Below are positions 12,553 to 25,852 of a DNA stretch of 64,000 bases, piece by piece (positions within the stretch are counted from its first letter, which is position 1; the number at the start of each line of letters is the position of its first letter). This DNA is from Gekko japonicus (Eukaryota): contig NW_015162061.1 in NCBI RefSeq assembly GCF_001447785.1, positions 64,887-128,886 on the forward strand. The letters are read 5' to 3'. The notes under the pieces were generated by a model. That model did not search any database, had not been told where the DNA came from, and saw only the letters and a program-made list of their open reading frames with translations. The position numbers were made by a program, and so were the translations under genes.

Positions 12553-13762
12553 GGGAAAAAAACCAAAGAACATTTTATTCTCAATAATGAGCCACTTCAG
12601 AGGTGTCAGGTGACTGAGAATCACAATCGCCATCACTGAAACAGGCTGTACACTAAGCGCAGCATTAGAAGAGACAACAATATAATGTCAAAGAATATGT
12701 TCTGTTAAGTACAAAATATCTGTAGAGCTTTGGAATATGTACGATGTGGAAAGGATCAGTAAGTAAGACGACATTAATAGTTCCTTGAAAGCTCAGGAGT
12801 CCAAATTCTTTTACAAAAAAAATCTGAGTAACAGCACTATCTAGGCCACTCTGCTACATTTCACTAGAACACCGGGGGGGGGGGGGGAGCTACAAAACTG
12901 GGAAATGCTAATGTTACAAATTCAGTCAAAACAGGGTATACAAAACAGGGTATATATAATCCACACAGGGAATGATAAAGACAGGTAATGAGCAATACAC
13001 AGTAATTGTGTGTCTCAGAATAATGAAATCATTACAACAAGACTGTAAGGCATCAATCTTTTATGTTCTGCTTCATTTTACAGTTTTCTAACAGCCCACC
13101 AATCTGACAGTGTGAAGTTATTGGGAGAGCAGGCCTCTACATCTATACATATTCTGCAAGACAGTTGAGTTCTAGGGAAGCCAAACCACATGTGTTCTGC
13201 CTGCATTGCAATCTTCCCCAGATTCTTTTTTTCCATACAGCAGCAAGGGTAGAAAAAACCAGAGGGGCCACTGCCCACTAAGGTGATCCTCTGTTTGGTA
13301 CAACACAGCCTTCCCCTGTTCCAAACACCAGATGGGGGAGATACAAAATATTCTGCATTCGGCAGGAATTTTCCTTCCACCCTGAAATGATTTTTTTAAA
13401 TGTGCTCTATGTCAACAGAAGCATTACTTTTGTTGACATAGAGCAAATTTTAAAACTCCAGCATCCTTCTCTACAAGAAGAATCTCTAGAAATGGCATTA
13501 CATAGTTTTATTAAAAGAACTTGCAACATACCAAGTTTTAAATGACAGCATAGGCCCCCAACATTAATTTTCATAATTACAAAATTTAAAAGCCAGCTCT
13601 AAGTATAGTTTCTATTCCTACATATATTGTTTTTCTGCAGGGTAAAGCTCACTAGGGAGTGACTGAAAAATAACCAGCTAGGCTATCCTTCCCATAGTGG
13701 CTATGTTTTACAAATGGCACGTTCAAGTTTAGTAAACCAGCCTTGTATTAGTGTATACTTAC

Positions 13763-13870
13763 CACAGGAATGACATGAGTTACACCATCTCCACTATCTA
13801 TAACTGTTCCAGTTAGTGTCCGCTCTCCTACTTGTCTTGATGTCCAAGACGCAGCTAAGGCAAGGACAGC
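13763..13870 (-). CDS. ACTR3: ACTR3 exon 6 (108 nt; [36 protein letters not shown])
   Basis: Manual translation; actin-family phosphate-2 motif DSGDGVTH; AAG acceptor, GTAAGT donor. Confidence 0.97.
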
Positions 13871-14117
13871 CTTGCAAAGAGAAACCATTGGAGCATTAGT
13901 ATTTTATCACAACCCTAAAAGCCTATTTTTCAAGTTAACGCACACATGTGAAATAAAAGTTTTCAACACAATTGTGCTGCTCAATGCAAAGTGACACATA
14001 TTGTGTTAAAAACAGTACACGGAACTAGTATTTTTTCCACAGCGTGAGTACATATGTGGATCAATTTGCACTGTTTTTATTTTATATGACATAACTTGTT
14101 CATACTGTAAGAAGGGA

Positions 14118-14272
14118 TATGTCTCCCCAACATCTAATCTAACCTGCCTCCAAGAACATGGCAAACGGATGAAGATTACCGTCACTAGTTTAAAGCACTA
14201 TGTCTCCCCAACATCTACCCTGCCTCCAAGAACATGGCAAACTGATGAAGATTACCGTCACTAGTTTAAAGC
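14118..14272. repeat. About 78-bp tandem duplication
   Basis: TATGTCTCCCCAACATCTA...GATTACCGTCACTAGTTTAAAGCA occurs twice. Confidence 0.9.
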
Positions 14273-15458
14273 AGTTTTGTTTATTGGGAGAAAGGGCTAG
14301 TTTTTGCAACAGATTACTCTAAACGCTAATTCTCATGGTGACATCACTGTGGGGAATGAATCATCAGTGATCTCTTGTCTAACAAAGCAGAATGTACCTT
14401 ATATTATGGAGAATTAAGGGTTAGCAAACAGCACAGAAGAATTACATTATGTCTCATTTGACTGTGGGGAATTTTGTCTAAATTTGATCACACTGTAAAC
14501 CACAGGTAGCCAACAGGTAGCTCATGCACTTCCAGCTGCTTCCCAGATGCTGTAGAGTAGCTTGTGTAGCCCCTAGAGGACCCAGGAAAACATAGTGAAA
14601 AGATATGCTCTAGGCTTTTTAAAAAGTTTTATTTCATAGGATTTTCTCTGTGCTGCTTCGCTGACAGCATCATTTCTGCTGCTCTTCCTAGACCATGTTC
14701 TGTTTCTAGGACAGAATAAAACTTGATGGGCAGGGTGGTGGTGGTAGATCAGGATGTTTTTCAGCAGTCAGGAGTTACAGGTTGGAAACCCCTGCTTTAA
14801 ACCAACCACTTATTTTTTTTTAAGGAAATCAAGGTAGAGTACTACTTTGAAACATAATGTAGACAACATGCAGCTATGAAATACACAAATCATTTTTGAA
14901 AATGAAATGTGAGAAGGACAACAATTAAGATTAATTGTGTGTAGCTCTGATGGTTTCTCTTAAAGGGATTTTCTTTTGCATTGGTAAGACTTTTAAATTG
15001 TTATTGCATTATATCAATAAGGAGATGTTTTGGGCTAAAGTTACAGGGCACAGTTATTTTGGCTTTAATTATAAGGATGAATATTTAATTGCAGGAGCAG
15101 GAAATGCACACAACTGTAGTTTTCTAATCTACAGAACCAGAATTCAGGAAAGCAGTTCTGTGGCAACACAATGATTTTTAAAAATATAATTTTTGGTAAG
15201 TGAGTCTGGCAATTTTACCACTCATTTTATTATGGTGTGTTTCTTTTGGGGGGGAGGAGGGAGGAAAGGCATTCTTGATGCTGCAACAATTGTGGTGAGA
15301 GAATTCAAACATGGGTCTTATTTATTCCCCATAAAGGTCATAAAAGGCTGGTAGAAGCTGCATGAAGGCCAATATAAGGACAATATTTTCTGTATACTCT
15401 ACTCTTAAAGAGTATTACTTCAGATGCTCCCTCTAACTTAAACTAAATTATTTCTTAC

Positions 15459-15554
15459 CTGAACAGCAATGTAAAGTCCAGGAACATTGAAAGACTCAAA
15501 CATGATTTCAGCAGTATATTCCCTGTTTTCTGGAGTATTGAGAGGTGGTTCAGT
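15459..15554 (-). CDS. ACTR3: ACTR3 exon 5 (96 nt; [32 protein letters not shown])
   Basis: Contained in ORF 15438..15647; CAG acceptor, GTAAG donor; EYTAE is ACTR3-type rather than ACTR3B-type. Confidence 0.97.
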
Positions 15555-15752
15555 CTGTAAAGCAGAAAAACCTGTAGTCACCACAAACGAAATACACCAA
15601 ATATTCTGCCAAACTGAACATGCCATATATTCTGCCAAACTAAACACGCCAACAAATATTCAGCTTCTTTTAACTCAGCAGTTAAACTTGGCCACAGAAG
15701 TTTCCATGTTTTGCCCTAAAGAACAACTGGCATTCCAGCTCTTATATATATA

Positions 15753-16686
15753 CTAGCAGTAAAGCCCGTTGTGAAAGCAATACAACGAAATCTAGAAAGA
15801 GGCTCTGGGGCAGTGCTCTGGCTTTGGGCAAACAGTGTCAATTTGCTGTGGTGACCTCAGCAGGGAATAATGACAGAGTCCACTGTTTTCTCCAGAGGAA
15901 CTGATCTCTGCTACCTGAAGAGCAGTTGTAATTGTGAGTAATCTGTAGCCCTCACCTGGAGATTGGCAACAATTGTTACCCAGGACAAAATGGCTGGTTT
16001 GGAGGGTGGAGTCTATGGCATTCTACCTGTCAGAGGTCCCACCCCTCTGCAAACCCCACCCTCTCCAGGCTCCACCCCTCAAATCCCCAGGAATTTGTCA
16101 GCATGTAGTTGGCAACCCATCTCCTTCCCAGCTAGCCACCAACCTACCATTATCTGCCCCTTTGACTTCAGCTGACTTCTGCCCTCCCTTCTGCAGAGCA
16201 GTTGTAATACTGAGTGCTCTCCAGCCCTCACCTGGAGATTGGCAACAATGGTTCCCTATGTGGGACTGACTGGTTTGGAGGGTGGAGTCTATGGCAGTGT
16301 ACCTGTCTGAGGTCCCACCCCTCCTCAAACCTCACCCTCTTCAGGCTCCATCCCTCAAGTCTCCAGGAATTTCCCTTCTGGAGTTGGCAACCCTATCAGG
16401 ATTGGCCCCAATGTGGTTTCTCCCAAAGGCCAAAGTAGGTGACAGGACCAAGCTTAGTTGCCTACCAACAGGCACTGAGGGGAATGTAGGGTTGCCAGCT
16501 CTAAGGAGGGAAATACCTGGAGGTTTGGGGGGTGGATTCTGTAGAGGGCCGGGCGACGGAGGCATCGGCCTTCTGTCGCCCGCCTTGCCCCCCCAATCTC
16601 GGCCCGGGCACCCGCGGCTCCCACCAGCGGCCGCCCGACTCCAGACTCCCCCGCGGCCACTCCAGCCAGGCGACGGAGGCATCGGC
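15753..16686 (-). mobile_element. Non-autonomous Helitron-like element running into the assembly gap
   Basis: Minus-strand 3' end CTAG|T at 15753-15756, preceded by hairpin CGTTGT...ACAACG (15767-15787); body homologous to the 6863 element; contains repeated GTTGCCA/TGGCAAC MITE-like segments. Confidence 0.65.
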
Positions 16687-17423
16687 NNNNNNNNNNNNNN
16701 NNNNNNNNNNNNNNNNNNNNNNNNNNNNNNNNNNNNNNNNNNNNNNNNNNNNNNNNNNNNNNNNNNNNNNNNNNNNNNNNNNNNNNNNNNNNNNNNNNNN
16801 NNNNNNNNNNNNNNNNNNNNNNNNNNNNNNNNNNNNNNNNNNNNNNNNNNNNNNNNNNNNNNNNNNNNNNNNNNNNNNNNNNNNNNNNNNNNNNNNNNNN
16901 NNNNNNNNNNNNNNNNNNNNNNNNNNNNNNNNNNNNNNNNNNNNNNNNNNNNNNNNNNNNNNNNNNNNNNNNNNNNNNNNNNNNNNNNNNNNNNNNNNNN
17001 NNNNNNNNNNNNNNNNNNNNNNNNNNNNNNNNNNNNNNNNNNNNNNNNNNNNNNNNNNNNNNNNNNNNNNNNNNNNNNNNNNNNNNNNNNNNNNNNNNNN
17101 NNNNNNNNNNNNNNNNNNNNNNNNNNNNNNNNNNNNNNNNNNNNNNNNNNNNNNNNNNNNNNNNNNNNNNNNNNNNNNNNNNNNNNNNNNNNNNNNNNNN
17201 NNNNNNNNNNNNNNNNNNNNNNNNNNNNNNNNNNNNNNNNNNNNNNNNNNNNNNNNNNNNNNNNNNNNNNNNNNNNNNNNNNNNNNNNNNNNNNNNNNNN
17301 NNNNNNNNNNNNNNNNNNNNNNNNNNNNNNNNNNNNNNNNNNNNNNNNNNNNNNNNNNNNNNNNNNNNNNNNNNNNNNNNNNNNNNNNNNNNNNNNNNNN
17401 NNNNNNNNNNNNNNNNNNNNNNN
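16687..17423. other. Assembly gap (N run); smaller gaps at 9959-10024 and 56987-57040
   Basis: Runs of n in the sequence. Confidence 1.
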
Positions 17424-17949
17424 TGAAATGTGCCCCTTACTTTTCCCATTTATCTTCAAGCATGAAGTGTTATGTAAATCTTCACCAATCTGATCCTGCT
17501 CTGATTTACTGACATCAAAAGGCAGGTACCTCCGCAAACTGAATCTTGATCAAATCAGGATTACCCAGCCTCTATGTGCAAGAGAAGATGGAAGAACGCC
17601 CCTCGGCACTTCCCATGAGGGGGCCTTCTCCTCTGAGGAAAGGAGGACATTTTGGGGTGGTTCCCATTGTCCTAACAGGGAGGCAAGACTAAATTTCTTC
17701 CTCTTCCTGTGATGTGGGATCTGATTTCTTCAGATCTGGCAGCTCCGAAAAGCAGTAAGTCTAACTCCTACCCTATAGTAATAATAACATTTAAACAGCA
17801 AGGCAACAGGTAACCAGAGAAAGAATTAAATAAATGCAGCAGCACTAGCAAAGGTGGAAACAGGGAAGAGTAAAATGAGTGGGGAGGACAAGATGTCCCC
17901 CTTTCCTCAGAGAAGACCCCCTCATTGAAAGTGGATGGGTCATTGTCAT

Positions 17950-18860
17950 CATCTGACGTTATATCCTGTAGTACTCTTCTGCCAAATGCAGCATCTGTGG
18001 AATCATAGCTATTCAGTTTGTAATGACTCACAAATGTGGAGATTGAGGACCATGTTGTTGCTTTGCATACCTCCTCAACCAAGGCATGCTTGCTGAATGT
18101 TGCATTAGTTGAAGTGCTTCTCACAGAATGTGCCGTGATTCCTGATGGTACCTGCATACTGAGGGCCTTATATGCTTCCGAAACAGGTCTTCAGATGGCA
18201 TTTTGGACATTTTCCGACCCAAGTTGGGAGGGGAAATATTGATGAAGAGAGAATCCGTTCTCTGTATGTTCTCTTTTCTGATCAAGAATGTCTTGATAGT
18301 TCAGTGTATGCCAGATCTCTTGGGATCTATGAAATGTAGAAAAGACCTTCGGTTGAAAGGTAGGGTCAGTTCTCAGGATGACTTTGTCCTTATGAAAAAT
18401 GCAAAGATTGGCTTTGGTGGACAGAGCTTTTAATTCCAATATGTGTCTTGCAGAAGTGATAGCTATAAGGAGCAGGGTTTTCATCCTCAGACACTGTGAT
18501 GAGACTCCTCTGATAGGTTCGAAAGAAGAGCTTGATTAATGCAGAGAGTACCGTGTGATCTCCACTTGGAAAACCTGTGGCCCCTCTAAGAAAAATTTTC
18601 GTATGTGGATGACTGGAGATATTGTAGCCTTCAAACTGAGGTAGGACTGAAGGAAGCCCTGCGGAATATCTTCTGAGGGTTGATGCCTTGAGTTCGGAAG
18701 AGAGACTGTCTTGCAGGAACGCTAACACTGCTTCCAGGGGATGTTCCAGTGGTTGTACTCCTTTCCTCCTGTGCCACCTAGTACAGGCCTTCCAGGACGT
18801 GTTGTATATCCTGTTTGTGGATTGTTTTCTGGAGGCTATAATGGTATCAATCATGCTGGG
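17950..18860 (-). pseudogene. DIRS tyrosine recombinase remnant
   Basis: ORF fragments 18390..18854, 18191..18484 and 17768..18157 carry R...HxxR...W...Y catalytic-type motifs split by frameshifts. Confidence 0.88.
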
Positions 18861-19049
18861 AAACTAGCCTAATCATATGAAAGCCTGCTGTTCAACTTCC
18901 AAGAGCTCAAGTGAAGCCACTACAGAGGGGGGTGCCAGTTTGGTCCCTGCTGCAGCATATCTAATGACATTGGAAGCATCAGTGGCGGGGAGGCCATCAT
19001 CTCTGGTAGGGCCAAAAACCATGGCATCATGGCCAGAAGGGGGCCACTA

Positions 19050-20560
19050 CTATAACAACCTTCTGCTCTTTTATTTTCCTTATCATCTTGGGTATGATTG
19101 GGATGGGGGGAAGGTGGAGACCCTTTGGCTATGAGGACGTTAGGGCATCCATTGCTTCCACTTGTGGGTGATGGAACCTGGTAAAAGAATCTGGGAAGTT
19201 TATATGATAACTGTCTACTGTTGACATGAAGAGGTCCACAGATGGGAGTCCAAAGTGTGTTGAGATCAGGTGAAAAAGATCTTTTTTAAGTGGCCATTCC
19301 CCTTTTCAGATGGTCTCCCTATTTAGCCAGTCCGTCTGGATGGTGGTTGTGCCCTTGGTGTATTCTACTTGGATGGATGCTGGGTTGGATTCTGCTCTTA
19401 ATAGCAGTTTGATGGATTCCTTATGCAATCTGGATGATCTGCATCCCCCGTTTGTTGATATAATTCTTGGTTGTGGTGTTATCCATGTGGATCAAGACAT
19501 GGAGCCCTACTATTATCATATTAGAGATATGAAGTGCAGTAAAGTCAGTCGAGCCACATGTAATTCCAGAAGACTGATGGGAAGACGAGAATCGGATTTA
19601 GACCACTTTCCCTGGCATGCTTTCCAGCTTTGCTCCCCATTCTGACTGGCTGGCATGCCTGAAGATTTGTTTCACTGTCAGGACGTAGAAACTCTTCCCT
19701 TGGAGAAGATTGTGCATTCTCGTCCACCAGTGGAGACTGACCTTGCCTGGAGTGGGGTTTTGAATGGGCAAGTCCTTCTTTTCCATAATTCATAACTGAA
19801 AATGTTTGAGGAGGGTTTGTAGAGGTCTGGAGTGAAGGCATCCCACTGTGCAGCCTTGGTGTTGGAGATCAAGACCCCCATGAATTTGGTCAATGACATG
19901 AGTGATGACGATTTGGCTTTGATTACTGACTGTGACACTGGATGGTGTTTCTTGTGTTTTCTTCTGGCAGGAAGAAGTGTGCAATCATGGTGTTTATGAC
20001 CACCCCCAGGTGTTCTAGCCTCTGAGATGGAATGAAAGATCTTCTCTGGACACTGACGAGAAACCCAAACTGTTGAAGACATTGTATGGTTGTCTTAGTG
20101 TCCCCGAGAGATTCTTCCTTGGAGTTCAACCTGATTAGTAGGTCATCAGGATATGGATGGACGGGGTGCCCTTTTTTTATATGCATGACTGGGTTTATGA
20201 GGATCTTTGAGAAAATTCTCAGAGGATAGGCCCAAGGAAAGGCTCTGAATTGAAGGTGCCGTGTTCTGACACAAAATCTCAGGAACCTCCTGTATGCTGG
20301 TAGAATGGGAATATGGAGATAGGCCTCCATCAGATCTACTGAGGTCAGGACCTCTATTGGCTGAAGAGCCTCTGAAATTGATCTGAGGATCTCCATCCAA
20401 AAATGATGTAGTTTGTTTAGGAACTTGAGGTTTACGATCACTCTCCAGTCCCTGTTTTCTTCGGGATGGTGAAAAAGACGTAGACGCCCCGTCCCTGTTC
20501 AGTCTTGAGTACTGGTTCGACAGCTCGGATGGCTGTGGTAGTGATATACCTCTTGACTCT
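19050..20560 (-). pseudogene. DIRS RT / RNase H / methyltransferase-like remnant
   Basis: ORF 19923..20441 is RT with YPDD (a mutated YLDD); downstream fragments show RNase H and DLF(A/M) methyltransferase-like motifs. Confidence 0.88.
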
Positions 20561-23500
20561 GTTTTTGTGTATCAGTGATGTGACATACCTTTCCAGTGGA
20601 ATTCTTGTAAATTCAATAGGCTAGCCTTGTGAAACAACTTCTATGACCCAAGTGTCCATGTATGTTTGTCCAGAAGTCTCAAAAAAGGATCAATCTTCCC
20701 CCCATCAGAATACCTTGGGAGTCATGCCTTGGTGGATTTGTTATCGCAATCCAACCTGTCGCCTCTATTTGTTGGTGTCCTGTCAAATCTGTTATTAGAT
20801 CTTTGCCTATAGGAGGGTCTGGATGAGTTCCAGATGGATCTTTTGTACTCATGTTTGAATCTTGGCAGGGTGTGCTGGGAATGAAAGAATTGGATGTTAG
20901 TACATTTTTTATCCGGGTGCTTAAGGGTTATTGGCATGGCTTTCTTCTTATCTCAGGTTTCTATTAGAATCTTGTCTAAAGCATCACAGAAGAGTCTATC
21001 ACCCTGAATGGGGTACGACGAAACAATATGATTTGAGTGAATGTCTGCCTGCCATGCTCTCAACCAGAGAATTTTCTTGGCCTCTGCTGCTGAGGCCATG
21101 GCCCTAGAAGAAAAAATTAAGGACTCTATTCATTCCTTCTAGTAGTCAACGATTGTCTGTTGCAATCAATTGAATTATTTTTCTCATCTAAACAACAGCA
21201 GCCATGGAGGTGAGAGGCTGTGGCCGAGGCTTTAATAGGCTGTGGCCTCATGTACCATTTTAAAGGCCATCCCTGCTCTTTTGTCCAGGGTGTCCCTGAC
21301 TGTACCCTGACCATCTTCTGGTAAGAGGCAGCCACATGGCATCTACTAGGGGAACCTGAAGTATTTCCTGTAAGACAGCCACAGGGGCATCTACTAGGGG
21401 AACCTGAAGTATTTCATTAGCATAGGATGGTAGGGCATACGCCTTTTTAACTAAATTTGGCAATTGGCAATTGGCAATTTTGCCCATTCTGCCTTAAGCT
21501 GGTATTCAAAGAAATCAGGGAAAGGGAAGACATTTTCTGTATTGTCACATCTAGGAAATAATTCTTTAGTGCCTTTGGATCTGTCTTAGTGTCCAATTTA
21601 ATAGAGGAGGGGTCCTCCTCAGGAGGCATCTTTTGCAGTTCTAGAGCTGAGAGAGCCTAACTAAGTATGTACTGATAGTCCTCTGACTTAAAGAAGCATG
21701 CTGTTTGTTCTGGCACCTTAATGTCTCCTACTTCCTCATCTGAAAGGAATTCCCCCTTCTCCGTATTCTCCTTGCCAGAATCTGAGGATTGGTCCCCTTC
21801 CCGGGTGCCCTCTCTCTCTGCCGCTCTTTCTATTAAAGGACTGTTTTTGGGCCACATTGGTGAGCCATTTGTTCCCATGATGGTGACTGGGTCCAGGTCT
21901 GGGGGTAGAGGGAGGAGAGGAGGATTCAGAGCCTGTTCTGGCATTGGAGAGGGCTTCATAATGGCATAAGTTAACAAACTCCTCTCTCAATGTTTGACTC
22001 AATAGATCCAAAGTAACTGGAGAGACACTCAAGGAGGACTGTTCTGTCAGGCTAGCACCTCAAGTGGAGGTGTTCAAATGAACTAGGGGGAATCTGACCT
22101 GATTGAGGAAGTTCCCCAACTGATTTTCCTGCCTGGAGATTGGCATTGGCAGTTAAGGACTCATGCAGAGAGCTATGGTCATGGCTGGAATGTTTTCCCG
22201 CCAAAACAACATTTTCAAGATGGCCACTACTCAAAGCTGGAGGGCAGTAATGCTCCCTTGTATGGCTTCCCTGTAAAAGGCACCGTCTATTTGCATCACG
22301 TCTTCTGCAAAAGTACAGGCAAGCTGAAGAGACATGCCGGTTCCATCTTGGATGAGCTTGTCAGTGCTGGCTGTGAGCAAGGTGTCTGCTGCTCCATCTG
22401 AAAGGAAGCTATTTGATAAGTCCTTTGAAGTCATTGTGATGGATGGCATCATAAAATGGCTGCTGTGTTGGAGCTGCTCTCAACTCAGCTGAAGAAACAG
22501 GTCCCCCAAGTGAGGGGGGGAGGAAGTTGAAGGAGAGATAGATGGGGTTAAGGGGATACAAAAGGCAAAGTTGGAAGTTGAAAGCAAGAATGAAAGGAGG
22601 TACAATTAGGAAGAGAAATTTTTCGAATTAAAGCTAGGTAGTAGGCAGAGCCGACTATAGAACTGCTTCTCCCTTTGAGGCAGGAACAGAACTGAAGAAA
22701 GGGCAGCTCCCACGTCAGAGAAAGAGGAAGAAATTTAGTCATGCCTCTCTGATAGGATGGTAGGAACCACCCGAAGATGTCCTCTGACTCAGAGGGAGAA
22801 AGAAGAGCACACACAGCAACACTGTGTTTGAGGCAGAGTTTAACTGCAGCTTGTTACAATTTCTAAATACAGCCAGAGTCTTGTCATGAAGAAAATCCTA
22901 AATTTCTATCATTTAGATTAGCAAAGCACAAGATAATCAAGCGCCTAAAATAATATAGAATTAAGCATATTTACATGCATTTTCATATTTTGAAAATATT
23001 TCTAGATTGGTGAATACTTAAGCTCAGACCACCAAAAGCTCCCTTCTGGCTTCTAAAACACACATTTAAGGTGATGTTAATACTACCGTATGAAATAGTG
23101 ACCCAAGTGGCTACTTTATGATTTCAGGTTGACTGAGAAGCCTTGTTTTCCTCAGCGTACTCAAGTACCACAAAGGGAATCTACATAAAGTTTCCTAAAC
23201 ACAATGTTCTGAACCAACAATTTTAATTCCTTATATATCCAAGTTCTCCGTATTTCTTAGACAAGCACTGTGAACAGCTGTCACCAAATTAAGTTGAACA
23301 GTGAATATATAAATTCGTTTTTAACTGTTGTGCTCAAAACATGTTTCAGATCTCCAACTGATAGCCATTCCCATCTTGAAAAGTTGATATCAGAAGTCTA
23401 AATAGAACCTTAATAGGGCTTTCAAATTCAGAGACGCAGTGGTGAAACTTTAAATGTCACTTTCTATTATGGCCACAAATTTTCTGTCATACTATTTTCC

Positions 23501-23616
23501 TGTTACGTTGGTTTACATAAACTAGCTGCCCTTTCTCAAAGTAGCAAAGGTCTATTTCCTATGGCAGGCTGACAAAGAAAGATGTAGCTCAAGGGTACAA
23601 AACAAATTAATGTTTG

Positions 23617-23822
23617 CTCTGACCTGGATAGCCCTGTCTTGTCAGATCTCGGAAGCTAAGCAGGGCCGACCCTGGTAAGTACTTGGATGGGAGACCTCCA
23701 AAGAATACCAGGGCTGGGAGGCAGAGGCAGGCTGTCAAGCCACTTCTCTGAACATCCTCCATGCCCCAGTAGGAGTCACCAGAGGTCACCATGACATCCA
23801 TGCTTTGGTACACACACAGAAA
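23617..23822 (+). mobile_element. 5S rRNA-derived SINE (SINE3-like)
   Basis: TCTTGTCAGATCTCGGAAGCTAAGCAGGG...AGTACTTGGATGGGAGACC is the 5S internal promoter region, followed by a non-5S body. Confidence 0.82.
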
Positions 23823-24735
23823 AATGCAAAAGATACCTCCCAAAAAATTACTGTTTCAACACTAGAGAAGACACATTTAGCTCTCCACCACAAAGCTATA
23901 TTTAAAAGTCCTAACACAGGTTGACTGGAAGCTGGTGAAGAAATCAAACGGGTTCAGCAAGTGGCCAGCTACAGCTTTTATCCATTCATCCAAGACCAAA
24001 GCATGACAGGTTAATTGTACACATCAGCCCACAGACAACCATTAGCTAGAAATGGCAATGACTCAGGTTTATGAAGTAAAGTGACAAACCTATGCAATGA
24101 CTATACCATTCCAGACAGCAGGTACGAGCTCAAAAGTTCCCTGCTCTTAGAAGGCTAGGGTATCTGAGGCCATTACTATATTTCTCTGTGTTCACATTTT
24201 TCCATGTCTGCTTACTAATATTAACTAGAACTAAAACAGCATAACAGTTCAGTTCTGAAGTAGGGAGCCACAGAGAAGCTAGGCCGGCTACTTTCAAAAC
24301 CAAAAATACCTTGAACAGACTATGCTTCAACAATTCCAGTATAAAAGTGGAAGAAACATGTAAGCCTCAATGACCAAGAACTGTATCTAAGCAACAACAA
24401 CAGTTAATATAATTAAGACTATTTAAAATGAGGCTTTAGATACACGCCTGCTGCATCACTGAAGAAATACTTAGCTAAAATGCAGTTGCCAGGACACCAA
24501 TTTCCACTTGATGGAGAGCTTTTGCAAACTGAGAGGGAAACAGAAGACTGAGAGGCATGCACAATTCAGAAGGTCCTTGGCTTTAACAATTAAAGGAAAG
24601 CTATATAAGCTAGTTAGTAACTGACTACCCTGGATGCCCCAGTAATCACTTATGATTACTTTCTCTTGAGCATAGTAAAAAGTTATTCTGCTACAGTGAA
24701 AGGATAATCTTCAAAACTAGATGATTTGAACTCAC

Positions 24736-24846
24736 CAATAGAAAATAATGGTCTTCAGGTTCTGCCCTTAAGTATTTGAAGATAACTTGTTCCATAAATC
24801 TCTCCATCAAGTCCCAGTCTTCAACTATTCCATGACGGATGGGCCA
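24736..24846 (-). CDS. ACTR3: ACTR3 exon 4 (111 nt; [37 protein letters not shown])
   Basis: Manual translation of the minus strand; CAG acceptor, GTGAG donor. Confidence 0.97.
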
Positions 24847-25497
24847 CTGCACAAAATGTCCATTTTTTTAAAAAAAAATTGGCATTATAAACTGTAAGTC
24901 ATGTTATAGATACAGCTATGCATTATATATTATCTACTAAATGGCAAGACAATATTGCCATTTAACATTAAATTCTTAGGAAATAACTGTGTGTAGAATA
25001 AGCACATTTACTTCAAATGTTACAGAGCGGAATGTCTCCTTTCCCCTATTTAATCTTTGCAGCAGTTTAGCACACAATTTGTTTTTGGCACAAAACACCC
25101 TAGATAAAACAATGTTCTCTACTCCAGTTACTTTATGTAGAGGATCACCAGGATAGCCTTGCTGGATCAGACCATGGATCTAACATCCTTTTTCTAACAC
25201 TGATGAGCCAGATTCCTCTGAGACATCTCTGGTACAGTACAAAGCAAACGCCGTCACTTCTATGAAATTATATTGAAGATCAATTAATTTCTAGTAGATG
25301 GGGATATCCAGATAATGTTATCATCAAACAATGCAACCCCAGAGCACATTTAACACAGCAAAACAGACAATGAATTTCCAGAAAAGAAGAATTCTTACAA
25401 AAAGGGATGACTTGCAATAGAAGCTTATGGCAAAACAAGGTGACCGAGGCATAACTCATGTTAGAATCACATTAACACTATGCTATTTTATTGGTTA

Positions 25498-25852
25498 GGA
25501 GATGCGGTGGCTCAAGTGGTTAAGATGCTGAACTGCAGGCTACGGAAGGTCGGTAGTTCAGCAGTTAGAGACACGAGTTGCCGCATGACGGAGTGAGCTC
25601 CCGTCTCTAGTTTCAGCTCCTGCTAACCTAGCAGTTCGAAAGCAAGAAATTGCAAGTAGATAAATAGGTACCACTTCAGTGGGAAGGTAACAGCGTTCCG
25701 TGTGCCTTGGTATTTAGTCATGTCGGTCACATGACCACGGAAATGCCTTCGGACAGCTCTGGCTCTTCGGCTTTGAAATGGAGATGAACACCGCAACCCT
25801 AGAGTTGGATTCGACTGGCTTTCGAGCAAGGGAACCTTTACCTTTACTTTAC
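25498..25852 (+). mobile_element. Sauria-type SINE (tRNA head, BovB-like (ACCTTT)n tail)
   Basis: A-box-like GGTGGCTCAAGTGG; body CCTAGCAGTTCGAAAGC...GCAAGTAGATAAATAGGTACC; tail ACCTTTACCTTTAC; approximate TSD CTATTTT..TTGGTTA. Confidence 0.9.

Larger units (their letters stand above)
17591..22800 (-). mobile_element. DIRS1-type tyrosine-recombinase retrotransposon, full-length (about 5.2 kb) but decayed, in ACTR3 intron 4
   Basis: Inverted terminal repeats at about 17626-17740 and 22688-22800; 35-nt 3' extension; partial ICR at 17891-17932. Domain remnants: gag-like (QVPLVDAPVA), RT (DLMEAYLHIPI...HPYPDDLLI), RNase H, methyltransferase-like (GEWPL...FGLPSVDLFMS at about 19300-19220) and YR (AITSARH; AHSVRS...TWSS..TFVSHYKL). 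Many frameshifts. Both ends are TTC, with no TSD. Confidence 0.93.

Noticed and set aside
16282-17537. Long ORFs of 326-403 aa
   Set aside because: They are artefacts of reading through the N gap.
23617-23720. Possible 5S rRNA gene
   Set aside because: It is diverged, continues into a SINE body and has several dispersed copies, so it is a 5S-derived SINE.
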